Source: a virus. From it: 64,000 bases of DNA. The notes beneath the pieces were generated by a model. That model had not been told where the DNA came from, made no database searches, and saw only the letters and a program-made list of their open reading frames with translations. A program made the position numbers and the translations under genes. Numbering within the stretch: the stretch's first letter is position 1; the number at the start of each line of letters is the position of its first letter. Below are positions 1 to 10,268 of the stretch, piece by piece. The DNA lies in IMG/VR virus record IMGVR_UViG_3300022073_000094; one strand, 5' to 3'.

Positions 1-1
1 A

Positions 2-874
2 TTAAGAATCAGCCTCCTCTTTATGATTAATATTGAAGTAAGTATCACGCAATGAAGTTGTTTTATTTTCAATTAAATCAGGATAAACATGTTGCTCACT
101 TAAACCTTTAAATAAGCGTCTTAATGTTTTTAATTTTTTAATTGCAATTGAATTTTTATTAATATCAATAATTTGATATTGTGCATCAATATAGTTTTTT
201 GCTTTTTCAAAATCTTCATCTGTGAAAGTTAAAAATATTAAATCTTGTGATGTAGGCTGATTCATATCAACATCTTGTACAAATTTACCATTTTTTAAAA
301 ATAAAGCACGGTCACATATGAGTTCAATATCTTCTAATTTATGACTTGATATTAAAACTTTAACTTGATATTGTTTTGTAATTTCTTTAATTGTATTTAA
401 AACATCAATTGATCCATCTGGATCCATTCCATTAGTCGGCTCATCTAATATTAAATATTGAGGCTTACTAATCATTGAAACGGCAATTGCAAGTTTTTGT
501 TTCATACCTAAAGAATATTTTTTAACTTTTTTATGAATATAATCTTGCATACCAAAAGCTTCAATAATATGATTTGCATAATCTTTATCAAAGCCAGAAC
601 CGAGTATTTTACTAAATACTTTTAAATTATTCATTCCTGTCATTTTTTGATAAAGCTTAGGATGCTCAATAAGATAACCAACATGATTATGGTTTTCAAT
701 ATCGACTGTTCCTTCATAATTTGCAATATTCCCATTCATAATCTTCATAATTGTTGTCTTACCAACACCATTCTTGCCAATTAATCCCACGATATGAGAG
801 TCATCAAATGCAAATGATAAATCATCAAGGACAAGATTATCTTTATATTTTTTTGTAACATCTTTAATATTCAT
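2..874 (-). CDS. pmtC: ABC transporter ATP-binding protein, PmtC-like (phenol-soluble modulin exporter family)
   Basis: Walker A GKNGVGKT, signature YSLGMKQ, Walker B LILDE, H-loop SSH; motifs DEPTNGMDPDGSIDVL and SLRDTYFNIN recalled from staphylococcal PmtC; own sigmaA-like promoter at ~910-940. Confidence 0.75.
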   Translation of the reverse strand: MNIKDVTKKYKDNLVLDDLSFAFDDSHIVGLIGKNGVGKTTIMKIMNGNIANYEGTVDIENHNHVGYLIEHPKLYQKMTGMNNLKVFSKILGSGFDKDYANHIIEAFGMQDYIHKKVKKYSLGMKQKLAIAVSMISKPQYLILDEPTNGMDPDGSIDVLNTIKEITKQYQVKVLISSHKLEDIELICDRALFLKNGKFVQDVDMNQPTSQDLIFLTFTDEDFEKAKNYIDAQYQIIDINKNSIAIKKLKTLRRLFKGLSEQHVYPDLIENKTTSLRDTYFNINHKEEADS

Positions 875-967
875 GCATTATCAATGCTCCTTTTTTTATT
901 TAAGATAATTATATTTTACTCTGCTTAAAAATAAATGTAAATCAATACTGTCTTACAACTGTATCAT

Positions 968-1330
968 TTATAGTAAAAAAACAAAGCTTAAAACTAATAA
1001 TATGATAATAATTGAATCAATTTTTTCTAAAATAGGCTTTTGATATTTTAGATTTTGATTGTAATGATAAATAATATCTTTAATTGCAATTGTTCGATTT
1101 ATGTTAAACAAAAGAGAATTTAGAAAAATCGCAACAAAAAACCATTTATTGAACGGCATTGACTCTTTTAAACCTAAAGCAAATGTTGATGCAATAATGA
1201 ATAGAGATAAGATAATAGGAACAAGTAAAACCCATTTTGTATTCGATTTCTTAAGTCGCATAATTGCAGCTTTTTTTTGATCCTCATCTAATGAATTGAT
1301 CAATTCATTCTCATCTTTAATGATTTTCAA
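968..1330 (-). CDS. small membrane protein, about 3 TM
   Basis: three hydrophobic stretches, RBS GGAGG upstream. Confidence 0.7.
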   Translation of the reverse strand: MKIIKDENELINSLDEDQKKAAIMRLKKSNTKWVLLVPIILSLFIIASTFALGLKESMPFNKWFFVAIFLNSLLFNINRTIAIKDIIYHYNQNLKYQKPILEKIDSIIIILLVLSFVFLL

Positions 1331-1345
1331 AGATATAAACCTCCT

Positions 1346-1669
1346 TTAGTTAATTACTTTAAACCAAATATGATAAAATTCACAATTAATTAAATCTTCT
1401 GTTTCAATTTCTTCACCACAATATTTACATTCTACAAAATCGCCATATTGTTTTAAATCATTAAAATCATGTACGACAAAATATGGGTGATCACAATTAG
1501 GACAAAGAATCTTATAAAATTTTTGTATTTTATTTTGATTAATTAATTCGTTTAGTGCTTGATCAATTTGTTCAGTTGAATATTGATTTAATTTTTTATA
1601 GAGTCCTTTATCCATTACTGAATCAAATAATTTTAAATAGTTATAAATTTCATTTTGTAATTTATTCAT
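1346..1669 (-). CDS. hypothetical protein, helical N-terminus plus zinc ribbon
   Basis: CPNC...CKYC pair; paralogous layout to 2152..2505. Confidence 0.7.
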   Translation of the reverse strand: MNKLQNEIYNYLKLFDSVMDKGLYKKLNQYSTEQIDQALNELINQNKIQKFYKILCPNCDHPYFVVHDFNDLKQYGDFVECKYCGEEIETEDLINCEFYHIWFKVIN

Positions 1670-1671
1670 TT

Positions 1672-2151
1672 TTAAATCTCCTTTTTTAATTCATTGTAAA
1701 CTTTACCAAGTAAATTTTGACCTTTCCAATTTGAAGGATCTAAAATTTTATCATCATTTTCACTTAATTTGACACCCCAAATTGCATCAAAAGGTGAAGC
1801 TTCAACAAAAATTTTATCTTTATTGTTTCTAACAAATACTTGTAATTCATCGAATTGATTGATTTTATCTTTAACAACTTCTTTCATAATATCGTATCTA
1901 ACTCTATCCCATTGTTCATTATCAAAATTTTTAACTTTTCGACCCAAACTTTTAACATAATTAGGTTGTTTTGCTTTTGTTAAAATTTGATGAGCTATTT
2001 CATAATCTTTAAAAAACATAGCTTTTCTCCACATAAAAGCTTGTTCAGAATTTGAAAACATATGTTTTTGATGCTTAAATCTAATAGGATAAAAATTCGA
2101 CATCATATCATTTTTACTAAAAAATAAAATGAATTTATCTGTAATTTTCAT
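1672..2151 (-). CDS. NADAR (YbiA/DUF1768) family hydrolase
   Basis: SNFYP, SEQAFMWRKA, KSLGRKV, EASPFDAIWG, WKGQNLLG motifs. Confidence 0.9.
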   Translation of the reverse strand: MKITDKFILFFSKNDMMSNFYPIRFKHQKHMFSNSEQAFMWRKAMFFKDYEIAHQILTKAKQPNYVKSLGRKVKNFDNEQWDRVRYDIMKEVVKDKINQFDELQVFVRNNKDKIFVEASPFDAIWGVKLSENDDKILDPSNWKGQNLLGKVYNELKKEI

Positions 2152-2505
2152 TTATAAAAACTCCTTTTTAATTTTATAAATAATTCTAATTTGATCTTTT
2201 GTATCAAATTCTTCATTAGTTAATTCACATTCATAAGTTTTTGGTATTTCTTCTTGTTTATTAGTAACAAATATTTGTTTTTCAAATGTGAAAGGACTAT
2301 AAATTGTATAATTTTTTTCTACATAGCCATTTTCTAATAAATCATTAAATAATAAATCAATAAATTCGTTAGAAAAACCAGCTCTAATAAAAGCACTTTT
2401 ATAAATATAATTATTTTTATTATATCTTGCTAGTTTTTTTAATAATAGATGATATTTATCTTGCGTTAAATTATAATTCTTAATTATTTTTTTAATATTT
2501 TCCAT
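2152..2505 (-). CDS. hypothetical protein, paralog of 1346..1669 with a degenerate zinc ribbon
   Basis: same layout (L..L...gyV.K.Y.I.[C/S]P ... ECE...EF), only one Cys left. Confidence 0.6.
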   Translation of the reverse strand: MENIKKIIKNYNLTQDKYHLLLKKLARYNKNNYIYKSAFIRAGFSNEFIDLLFNDLLENGYVEKNYTIYSPFTFEKQIFVTNKQEEIPKTYECELTNEEFDTKDQIRIIYKIKKEFL

Positions 2506-2590
2506 TAATTTAACCTCATTTCATAAGAATTATTATGTTAAATCTCGAATCATTTTATCATAAATTGGTTGTTAATTTAAATTATAACTA

Positions 2591-3379
2591 TCATAGATTT
2601 ATCTCCTTAATTTTTGCATTTAAATGTTCATGTGGGTAGCCTAATGCATTTGTATAAAATTGATATTCTTTAAATTTATAATTCTTAATTTCATGCACAT
2701 GACCAAAAAAATTGATAGGTGCAATTAATTCTGAAACATCACATCTATAGCTTCCAATTGATCCATCATTTAAATGTCTTAAATGAGTATCAGTTGTAAT
2801 AATTGGATAATGTGAAATAAAAACATCTAAATTTTTATTTTTTAATTTATAATATTGTTCTAAATCTTTTTGATTGAATTCTGAAACATCATTATTAATA
2901 TATTTTTTATCATTCATAAATAAGTTATAAAATGTAATTTCTTCTTCAGTTTTTGGTAAACTTGTCATTGTTAAGCCACCAAAGACTTTGTTTTTATATT
3001 CATAATAATTACTAGTAAAGCTACTATGAAAAATTACAACATTTTTTAAATCATAACATTGTGCAATTAAGTTTTTAATTCGATTATAACTCGTTTGATG
3101 TTTGTGTAATTGATTTTTTGAAATTAAATAATAATCGTGATTACCTGGAACGAAAAAGACAACATTGAAGTATTGACTAAATGTTTTTAAAATTAATCTT
3201 GAAATTTCATTATAATGAGATAAATCTCCTGCTATAATTAATACATCATGATCTGTTAATTGACTTTTATTAATTAAATTAATAATAAAATTTTCAATTG
3301 TTTGATAATATTTATTTTTATTTTTATTATATTTAATATGATGATCTATATGTAGATCATTAATATATGCAATATTCAT
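2591..3379 (-). CDS. calcineurin-like metallophosphoesterase
   Basis: DLH, GDLS, GNHD, SHYP, GHVH metal-binding motifs. Confidence 0.9.
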   Translation of the reverse strand: MNIAYINDLHIDHHIKYNKNKNKYYQTIENFIINLINKSQLTDHDVLIIAGDLSHYNEISRLILKTFSQYFNVVFFVPGNHDYYLISKNQLHKHQTSYNRIKNLIAQCYDLKNVVIFHSSFTSNYYEYKNKVFGGLTMTSLPKTEEEITFYNLFMNDKKYINNDVSEFNQKDLEQYYKLKNKNLDVFISHYPIITTDTHLRHLNDGSIGSYRCDVSELIAPINFFGHVHEIKNYKFKEYQFYTNALGYPHEHLNAKIKEINL

Positions 3380-3411
3380 AATTTAGTCCCTCATTTATTA
3401 AAATCATAAAA

Positions 3412-4059
3412 TTAATTTAAACACACAAATGTATTTAAAAATTGTTGTAATTGATATTCATTTTTTAATTTATTTTTATAAGCTTGATTGATTTTAAATT
3501 GATCATTATCATAAATTAAAAAATGTCTTTTAAAATTAGTTAGTGACATTAAGTCAAATTGATTCTTTGTTTTTGAATAATCGATATATTGTTCACTTAA
3601 AAAATCAGTGTAATTAATATAATAATTTTTAATAATAAATGCATTTATTAAATAATAAGATGTGATACCTTCATTACAATGATTAATAAAATTTATATTG
3701 TAATTTGATGATTTAACTAATTTATTTATTAATAAAGCTGTTTTTGTTGTTGGTTCATTCATATATTCAAATTGATCAATGACAAATAAAGCCTCATCAA
3801 AAATAAAATTAAAATAATCGTTAAAATAACTTTTATATGAAAAGCATTTATTTTGAGTTTTATGATTAATATATTGTCGAAACGACATAATAATTATGTC
3901 AACGCCTAGTTCATAGCTAAAATTTTTCCATTTATTTTTTATTGTTGAATCATTTGTTGGAATTAAAACAAAAATATAATTAATATCATTCATTTCAACT
4001 ATTTGTTGAATAATTTTAGTTTTATTTTTGAATTGATCTTCATGGTAAAATAAATGCAT
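3412..4059 (-). CDS. hypothetical protein
   Basis: ORF track; start moved to MHLFYH because of RBS GAGGTG and a family promoter at ~4090-4118. Confidence 0.65.
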   Translation of the reverse strand: MHLFYHEDQFKNKTKIIQQIVEMNDINYIFVLIPTNDSTIKNKWKNFSYELGVDIIIMSFRQYINHKTQNKCFSYKSYFNDYFNFIFDEALFVIDQFEYMNEPTTKTALLINKLVKSSNYNINFINHCNEGITSYYLINAFIIKNYYINYTDFLSEQYIDYSKTKNQFDLMSLTNFKRHFLIYDNDQFKINQAYKNKLKNEYQLQQFLNTFVCLN

Positions 4060-4228
4060 GAATAACACCTCATTAAGTAATATAATATTATAATACCATA
4101 TTACTATTGAGATGTACATTAATTATTATTTAAAATTTTGCTGAGTAAGTTGTTTTTTAATCTCATTCTTAGATACTATAAAAAAGTTATCACCCTTTAT
4201 TAGAGTGATAACTAAAAGTAAATAAATC

Positions 4229-5542
4229 TTAAACTGAACAGCTTGTACATTCTTCTACACTTAATAATTTATTACGTGTATAGTATAATGATTTTAAGCC
4301 TTTATAATGAGCATATACATAATATTTTGCTAATTCACTTGTTGATATATCTGAGTTAACATATAATATTGTAGATATGCCTTGATCGACATGTTGTTGT
4401 ATAATACTCATCAAATCAATTAAATTCATTTGATCAATATTAAATGCTGATTTATAATACCACATTGTTTGTGGTGATAAAAATGGCATTGGATAAAATG
4501 TTTCTGAATCGCCATATTTACGTCTTTCAATCTGATCGACAATCGGCATAACAGAGCTTGTTGCATTTTGTACATAAGAAATACTTTGAGTTGGAGCAAG
4601 TGCTAATCTATATGCACTATATAAGCCATACTCTTGTACTTCTTCTTTAAGTTGTAACCAATCTTGTTGACGTGGAATTTCAATCTCTTTAAAAAGATCT
4701 TTTACTTTTTGTGATTTAGGTTCAAATGATTGAGTAATATATTTTTCAAAATATGAACCATCAGCATAACTTGATAAATGGAAGTCTTTATACGTTTCAC
4801 CACGTTCTTTTGCAATTTGCATTGAACGTTTTAATGAATAAAAGTTCATCATCATAAAGAATGTATTAACAAAATCTTTTGCTTCTTCTGATTCATATTG
4901 AATTTGATTTTTAGCTAAATAACCATTTAAGTTAAGAGCACCTAACCCAACAGAATGAAGCTCTTCATTTGCTTTTTTTACACCTGGTGCAACTTTAACA
5001 TTTGATTCATCACTTACAGCTGTTAAAGCGTCCATACCTGTAAATACTGATTCTTTAAACTTTCCTGATTCCATCACGTTTACAATGTTTAATGAGCCTA
5101 AGTTACAAGAAATATCTCGTTTAATATCATCTTGACTATAATAATCATTAATGACTGATGTTTCTTGTAGCTGGTATATCTCTGTACAGAGATTGCTCAT
5201 TTTGATTTGTCCAATATTTGAATTTGCATGTACTTTGTTTGCATTATCTTTAAACATTAAATATGGATAACCTGATTGTAATTGTGTTTGAGCAATTTTA
5301 TTTAACATTTCACGTGCATTGACTGAACGTTTATATATATTCGGATTTTGTACGAGTTCTTCATACATTTCACTCATATTCATATCATCAAGTTCAACGC
5401 CATATTCTTTATATACTGTTCTTGGCCCAAACATATATAATTTTTTATTTTCTTTTGCAAGTTTAAAAAATTGATCAGGTATAATTAAACCAATTGATAG
5501 AGTTGAAAGTCTCAATGTTTCATCTGCGTTAACTTTTTTTGT
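4229..5542 (-). CDS. nrdE: class Ib ribonucleotide reductase alpha subunit, exon 3
   Basis: resumes ACA AAA AAA GTT (TKKVNADE) after intron-terminal G at 5543; SNLCTE and SCNLGS catalytic motifs; C-terminal CTSCSV. Confidence 0.95.
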   Translation of the reverse strand, partial: TKKVNADETLRLSTLSIGLIIPDQFFKLAKENKKLYMFGPRTVYKEYGVELDDMNMSEMYEELVQNPNIYKRSVNAREMLNKIAQTQLQSGYPYLMFKDNANKVHANSNIGQIKMSNLCTEIYQLQETSVINDYYSQDDIKRDISCNLGSLNIVNVMESGKFKESVFTGMDALTAVSDESNVKVAPGVKKANEELHSVGLGALNLNGYLAKNQIQYESEEAKDFVNTFFMMMNFYSLKRSMQIAKERGETYKDFHLSSYADGSYFEKYITQSFEPKSQKVKDLFKEIEIPRQQDWLQLKEEVQEYGLYSAYRLALAPTQSISYVQNATSSVMPIVDQIERRKYGDSETFYPMPFLSPQTMWYYKSAFNIDQMNLIDLMSIIQQHVDQGISTILYVNSDISTSELAKYYVYAHYKGLKSLYYTRNKLLSVEECTSCSV

Positions 5543-6629
5543 CACTTTACCTAAAATTTTCATTTTAGAGCGGACTATATCATAATTCTAGTCGTTACAC
5601 TAAAATTCCTTGCGCTTTAATTTAAAAGATTTATATGAGTTAATTTCACTCAAGACTTACCTGTATAAATAAGGCTCTACTCTACTCAATTATATTGTAA
5701 TAAGTCCTCTCGACGTAATACTCATCTTTCGATAGTCTCTACACCTTCATAATAATAAATATCTTTAAAAGCATTTTTATCAGCTCTATATGTGACTTGT
5801 GATCGAGTTAAACCTAAAGCTTTTCCACATTGATTTAAAGAATCATATATTTTACCATAAGCTACAACTTTTTTACGATTTGGGCTTGATTTAATCATCT
5901 TTTGTTTAGTTTGTTCTGATCTTTTACTACCTAAATGAATATTTCTAATTTTTTGCTTAGTTTCGTCTGTATGTTTATGACCATCAAATCGTGTTGTAAT
6001 TTTAGATCTCATCATTGCCATATGTTGATCATTTTGACCTTGATTAATTTCTGATAATTTTTTCTTTACCTCAGCGGTATGTGTTTTACCCCACATGGGA
6101 TTTAATTCGCCATCGGCTCCTCCTCCTTTTGCATATTTATAAATATTCAAACACAAATCATCATTATAATATTTATTAAGTAAAACTTGTTCTAAATTTT
6201 GAATGTCATTTCGATTATTAGATTGACAAATATTAATAATTTTAAAGTTAAAATCATTAATATTATTTGTTTCATTAAATAATTTTTGTAAAAATTTATT
6301 ATGATGATTATTTTTAATAAGTAAACGCTTATGAATTTTAATTCTTTTTTCTATATTTAATGATCCCCCAATATAATATTTATTAGATTTGATATGAGTA
6401 ATAATATATGTTCCAGCTGTCAAGATTTAACACCACCTTTTTTTTTTTGTTATTTAAAATATTTATTATTATGCTTGGCACGGTATTATCCTCTATTTAA
6501 ATTTATTTAAATGTAGACTCTCTTAGTCAGTTTTTTAAACTGATACCGTTAGCTGAATATTAATATTCAACACCGTTTTATATACGTTCACAAGGTTTTC
6601 ATTAATTTAAATTAATGGGACAACTATTT
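5543..6629 (-). mobile_element. group I intron 2 in nrdE (1087 nt)
   Basis: 5' exon ends in U (GAT), intron ends in G; P7 halves GAGACTA and ATATAGTCC; removal restores LLD|TKK in frame. Confidence 0.92.
5722..6423 (-). CDS. intron-encoded GIY-YIG homing endonuclease with NUMOD3 repeats
   Basis: GTYII...YYIG motif; NPMWGKTHT and GHKHTDETKQK repeats; ends VETIER across P7. Confidence 0.9.
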   Translation of the reverse strand: MTAGTYIITHIKSNKYYIGGSLNIEKRIKIHKRLLIKNNHHNKFLQKLFNETNNINDFNFKIINICQSNNRNDIQNLEQVLLNKYYNDDLCLNIYKYAKGGGADGELNPMWGKTHTAEVKKKLSEINQGQNDQHMAMMRSKITTRFDGHKHTDETKQKIRNIHLGSKRSEQTKQKMIKSSPNRKKVVAYGKIYDSLNQCGKALGLTRSQVTYRADKNAFKDIYYYEGVETIER

Positions 6630-6841
6630 ATCCAATAAATCGAGCACATCATAGTGGAAGATATTAAGATATACAGCACCAGCACCAGGGCGCGTACCTA
6701 ATTGGTCGGCATAAGCAAAGCTGCCTTCCAATGATTTTGCGACAGGCATAATGCCTTTTGCAACGCCTTTAATATCTTTAATTGCTTCTCCTCGTGCTCT
6801 TAATTTACTTAAATTTAGTGCTACACCGCCGCCGTTTTTTG
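6630..6841 (-). CDS. nrdE: ribonucleotide reductase alpha subunit, exon 2 (212 nt)
   Basis: SKNGGGVALNLSKLRARGE...RPGAGAVYLNIFH; phases add up (565+212+1314 nt, 696 aa product). Confidence 0.95.
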
Positions 6842-7851
6842 CATTCATGTTACGAAATAAATCGTAAATTTATTCCTTCTATATGTTACCACATAAGATC
6901 AGACTATATTATCATCTCAATCGTTACTTGAGACGCTCCGCGCTTCCATTTAAGAGGTTTTATATTAGACTATTATCATCTAAATCTCACCCATTTGACT
7001 TGGCTGTACTCTACTCAGTTATGTTGCAATAAGTCCTCAAGCGACGTAAAGCTCACCTTTTGATAGTCGTTGCACTATAAAAATTGAAAGTTTTTATTTG
7101 TCTCATCAGCACAATATTTTTTGATCCAATATTTTGAAATGTTTAAATCTTTATGCGCTTTATTAATGCTCTCATATGTTTTATTATAGGCTTTAAGTTT
7201 TTTACAATTATGAATTTTATATGATCCATTAGCAATTTGTTTTTTACGACTTTGACTAATCTTATTGATCGTATCTTGCGAATGTTGACGACCATAAAAT
7301 GGATTATTTCTACCTTTAAAATTTTCTTTCATTTGATTAATCATTTTTTCATACTTCTCTTTAGTCATCCATTCTTTATTTGATTTACCATAAAAATGAT
7401 GATCTTCACCAAAGATAATAGGCGTAATTGATGAATGACTGATATTATATATCATATCTTTATCTATAAATTCATCAATATAAGCTTGTTCGATTTGTTG
7501 TGCAATCTTTAAGTCAATATCATCATTATCATAATCATAATCAATTTTGTGTAAGATCATAAACCTAAAATATTGATGATATTTATTCCAAGCATGTTGT
7601 AAATGATTATTAATATGTGATTGATTTTTAAGATGACTAAAATGATCATTAAAGCGTTTTGATAAACACTTTGTTCGACCAATATAAAATTTATTATTAT
7701 ATTCATTCATAATTGCGTAAATATACTGAGACATTTTATAACAAAGTCCTTTCAATTTTAATAGCTCAGGATTACCCAATGTACATTGGAGTTTCCCCTG
7801 ATTTCACGGAGTGATCGACATATATCACTATATGAAGCTCCCATTAAGCTA
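6842..7851 (-). mobile_element. group I intron 1 in nrdE (1010 nt)
   Basis: exon ends CTC T, intron ends ...GAATG, next exon CA AAA AAC gives L-S-K-N; P7 halves CAACGACTA and ATATAGTCT. Confidence 0.92.
7075..7734 (-). CDS. intron-encoded GIY-YIG homing endonuclease with NUMOD3 repeats
   Basis: YIYAI...FYIGRT motif, NPFYGRQHS repeat; start set at MSQYIY. Confidence 0.9.
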   Translation of the reverse strand: MSQYIYAIMNEYNNKFYIGRTKCLSKRFNDHFSHLKNQSHINNHLQHAWNKYHQYFRFMILHKIDYDYDNDDIDLKIAQQIEQAYIDEFIDKDMIYNISHSSITPIIFGEDHHFYGKSNKEWMTKEKYEKMINQMKENFKGRNNPFYGRQHSQDTINKISQSRKKQIANGSYKIHNCKKLKAYNKTYESINKAHKDLNISKYWIKKYCADETNKNFQFL

Positions 7852-8416
7852 AGAGTTGACGTGCGATACTTTCATTATAATTAATACTATTTAAACTATC
7901 ATCTTCTTCTAATAAGAAACAGCTTATAAGCTCTCCTCTTCTCGCTTTACCCGCATTTTGAAAAGTTGGAGTAGCTGCCTGATAGCGCTGTTCCATCATT
8001 GCACTAATAAGTTGTTTAGCAATTTCTTTATCACCTTTTGCAAGATATAAAGCAACAATTAAAACATGTTGATAATAATTTTCTAAAAATGTTTGTTTGT
8101 CATTTGATTTTAATGCATAATTTTGATAAAACTTACTTGCAGCCATATAACTCGCAAAATTAAAATCAAAATGATTTGTATAATCAATTAAATTGATTAA
8201 TTCTTGTTCTGAATATTGTTTAAATACATTATAATAAAAATTATGATCAACTAAATAATGCAGACGATCTAATTCATTATCAAAATGCATTGAATGTTCA
8301 TCAACGTATTTTAAATATTCTTGTAAAGCTTCTTTATCTTTTTCAATTTTAAAGAAACCCATACCATCATTATGACGTTGTGTAATTTCATTATTTAGTT
8401 CTATAAAGTTTGTCAA
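7852..8416 (-). CDS. nrdE: ribonucleotide reductase alpha subunit, exon 1
   Basis: IELNNEIT, YMAASKFY, ATPTFQNAGKARRGELISCFLL; probable TTG start at 8416 after RBS GAAAGGA. Confidence 0.93.
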
Positions 8417-8765
8417 GTTGATCGATCCTTTCATTAAATAATTTAACATCTTTATCTTGTCCTCTTAACTCAAATTTTAAGAGAAGAGGAACATTAAATT
8501 CTTGAGATATATTATGACCTGCTTTAGCAAATCTCTCACCCCAATTTCTATTTCCACTTGAAGCAACACCTACAAGATAATTTGAATGAGATCTTAAGAA
8601 GTTTAAAACAGGCTCAGGCGTCTCTCCAAATTTAACAGTGCCAGTGACAATCACAAATGGTTCATTTACTTCTTTAACGTTTTCAATATTTTCAACTTGA
8701 GATTGACCTGTATGTTTTAAAAATGATTCACAATTGCCTGTCATTGAATAGTAATAAATTTTCAT
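8391..8765 (-). CDS. nrdI: class Ib RNR flavodoxin
   Basis: YYSMTGN, GVASSGNRNWG, KFELRG motifs. Confidence 0.95.
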   Translation of the reverse strand: MKIYYYSMTGNCESFLKHTGQSQVENIENVKEVNEPFVIVTGTVKFGETPEPVLNFLRSHSNYLVGVASSGNRNWGERFAKAGHNISQEFNVPLLLKFELRGQDKDVKLFNERIDQLDKLYRTK

Positions 8766-8776
8766 AATTAATCACC

Positions 8777-9751
8777 TTATTCTCTATCACTAAAATCAAA
8801 ATCATCATCACTCAATTCACTTACGTTTAAAGCAAGTGTATAGCCATCACCTTTTGTTGAAAAGAAATCATGATTTTTAGTTGAAGTATCTAACGCATTT
8901 TCCACAATTGGATTAAAGCCTTCTTCTTTAAAATAGGGATCAAATCCTAAATTTGCAAGCGCTTTATTACCATTATAGTGTAAATATTGAATGACATCTA
9001 ATGAAAGATTAATATCATCATATAACATATGCGTATACGATACTTCATTTTGATATAGCTGATCAAACATTTGATACATCTCTTTGTCAGCTTTTATTTG
9101 TTCTTCTTTAGTCAGTTCTTTATAAATCTCTTGTGCATCTGCCCCTACAAAACTCCCATGTATCGACTCATCTAGCATAATCTTACGTATAATCTCACCT
9201 GATGTTGTCATTTTGCCTTGTCCAGCAAGATACAATGGATAATAAAAACCTGAATAAAATAAAAAAGTTTCTAAACATACACTTGCAACTCTAGCCATAT
9301 ATTGATCATAAAGAGACGCATCTTTTTGCCATAATTTATGATATTTATTAACTATCATTTGTGACTTATAAGTCAAGTGTGGCTCATTAGGTGCCCACTC
9401 GTTAAGCAAATCATCAGTCTCTTTAGAAGGCAGAAGAGTTGTAAAAATGTGTGAATAACTTTTAGCATGAATTTGTTCCATCATTGCCATAAAATTATAC
9501 ACAGCTTTTTTTCTTAAATCTTTTGTATGCAACATCACTAAAGGCATTCCATCATCCGCTTGATGTGTATCTAAGCCCGTTAAACCAGCGAGTGCGTACT
9601 TAAATGCATTTTGTTCTTCTTTTTCTAAGTTCTCCCAAGAAGATAAATCTTTTGACACATTAAACTCAGTTTCAACCCACATTTGTGAGATATTTTGACG
9701 CCAAAAAAGATTTGTTGTGTCTTCTTGTTGATTCCAATTCACTACATCCAA
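8777..9751 (-). CDS. nrdF: class Ib RNR beta subunit
   Basis: GLTGLDTHQ, EQIHAKSYS, FLFYSGFYYP, DESIHG motifs. Confidence 0.95.
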   Translation of the reverse strand: MDVVNWNQQEDTTNLFWRQNISQMWVETEFNVSKDLSSWENLEKEEQNAFKYALAGLTGLDTHQADDGMPLVMLHTKDLRKKAVYNFMAMMEQIHAKSYSHIFTTLLPSKETDDLLNEWAPNEPHLTYKSQMIVNKYHKLWQKDASLYDQYMARVASVCLETFLFYSGFYYPLYLAGQGKMTTSGEIIRKIMLDESIHGSFVGADAQEIYKELTKEEQIKADKEMYQMFDQLYQNEVSYTHMLYDDINLSLDVIQYLHYNGNKALANLGFDPYFKEEGFNPIVENALDTSTKNHDFFSTKGDGYTLALNVSELSDDDFDFSDRE

Positions 9752-9839
9752 AAAGCATTCCTCCTATTTAATTTTACAATTTTTATTATACTAAAAATCA
9801 AGTAGAAGGAATACGTCTAAAGTTAAGAAGTTATTTTAT

Positions 9840-10256
9840 TTATAACTCCTTAATTAATTTATTAATTTGATCTTTAAACTTTTGAATATGATTTTCTAAT
9901 TCTTTAATTTTTGATTTAAGTTGTTTATTTTCTTGTACTAAATCTTGCATTTGATGATTCTCGTCTTTTTGTTTTTGAAGTAAAATAGATTTAAGATAAC
10001 TAAAAATCTTCGACATTGATTGTAAATCAGAAACATAAGTCTCATCTTCATTACAGTCAAGAACAAATTTTAATTGACCTGCATTGTAACAGCTATCAAT
10101 AATATAATGATAATCATTTGCTTCAATCTTAACAGACTGTGTTTTTAAATCATGTTCTATTTTAACATCTTTAATATTGTTAAGTTCAACAAAGTGTCTT
10201 AATTCAAAACTAAAATAAGCAAGGATTTGATTCACATGGTTTTTATAATTATTCAT
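9840..10256 (-). CDS. hypothetical protein with C-terminal coiled coil
   Basis: ORF with RBS GGAG; heptad pattern. Confidence 0.7.
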   Translation of the reverse strand: MNNYKNHVNQILAYFSFELRHFVELNNIKDVKIEHDLKTQSVKIEANDYHYIIDSCYNAGQLKFVLDCNEDETYVSDLQSMSKIFSYLKSILLQKQKDENHQMQDLVQENKQLKSKIKELENHIQKFKDQINKLIKEL

Positions 10257-10268
10257 TTTTGCAACTCC

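Noticed and set aside
874-970. Prophage attachment site at the pmtC boundary
   Set aside because: No integrase, att-like repeat or compositional break is visible; the gene has its own promoter
4229-8449. ORF-track entries 4229..5563, 6624..6848 and 7844..8449 as three separate genes
   Set aside because: They are exons of one nrdE; the extra N- or C-terminal residues come from intron sequence
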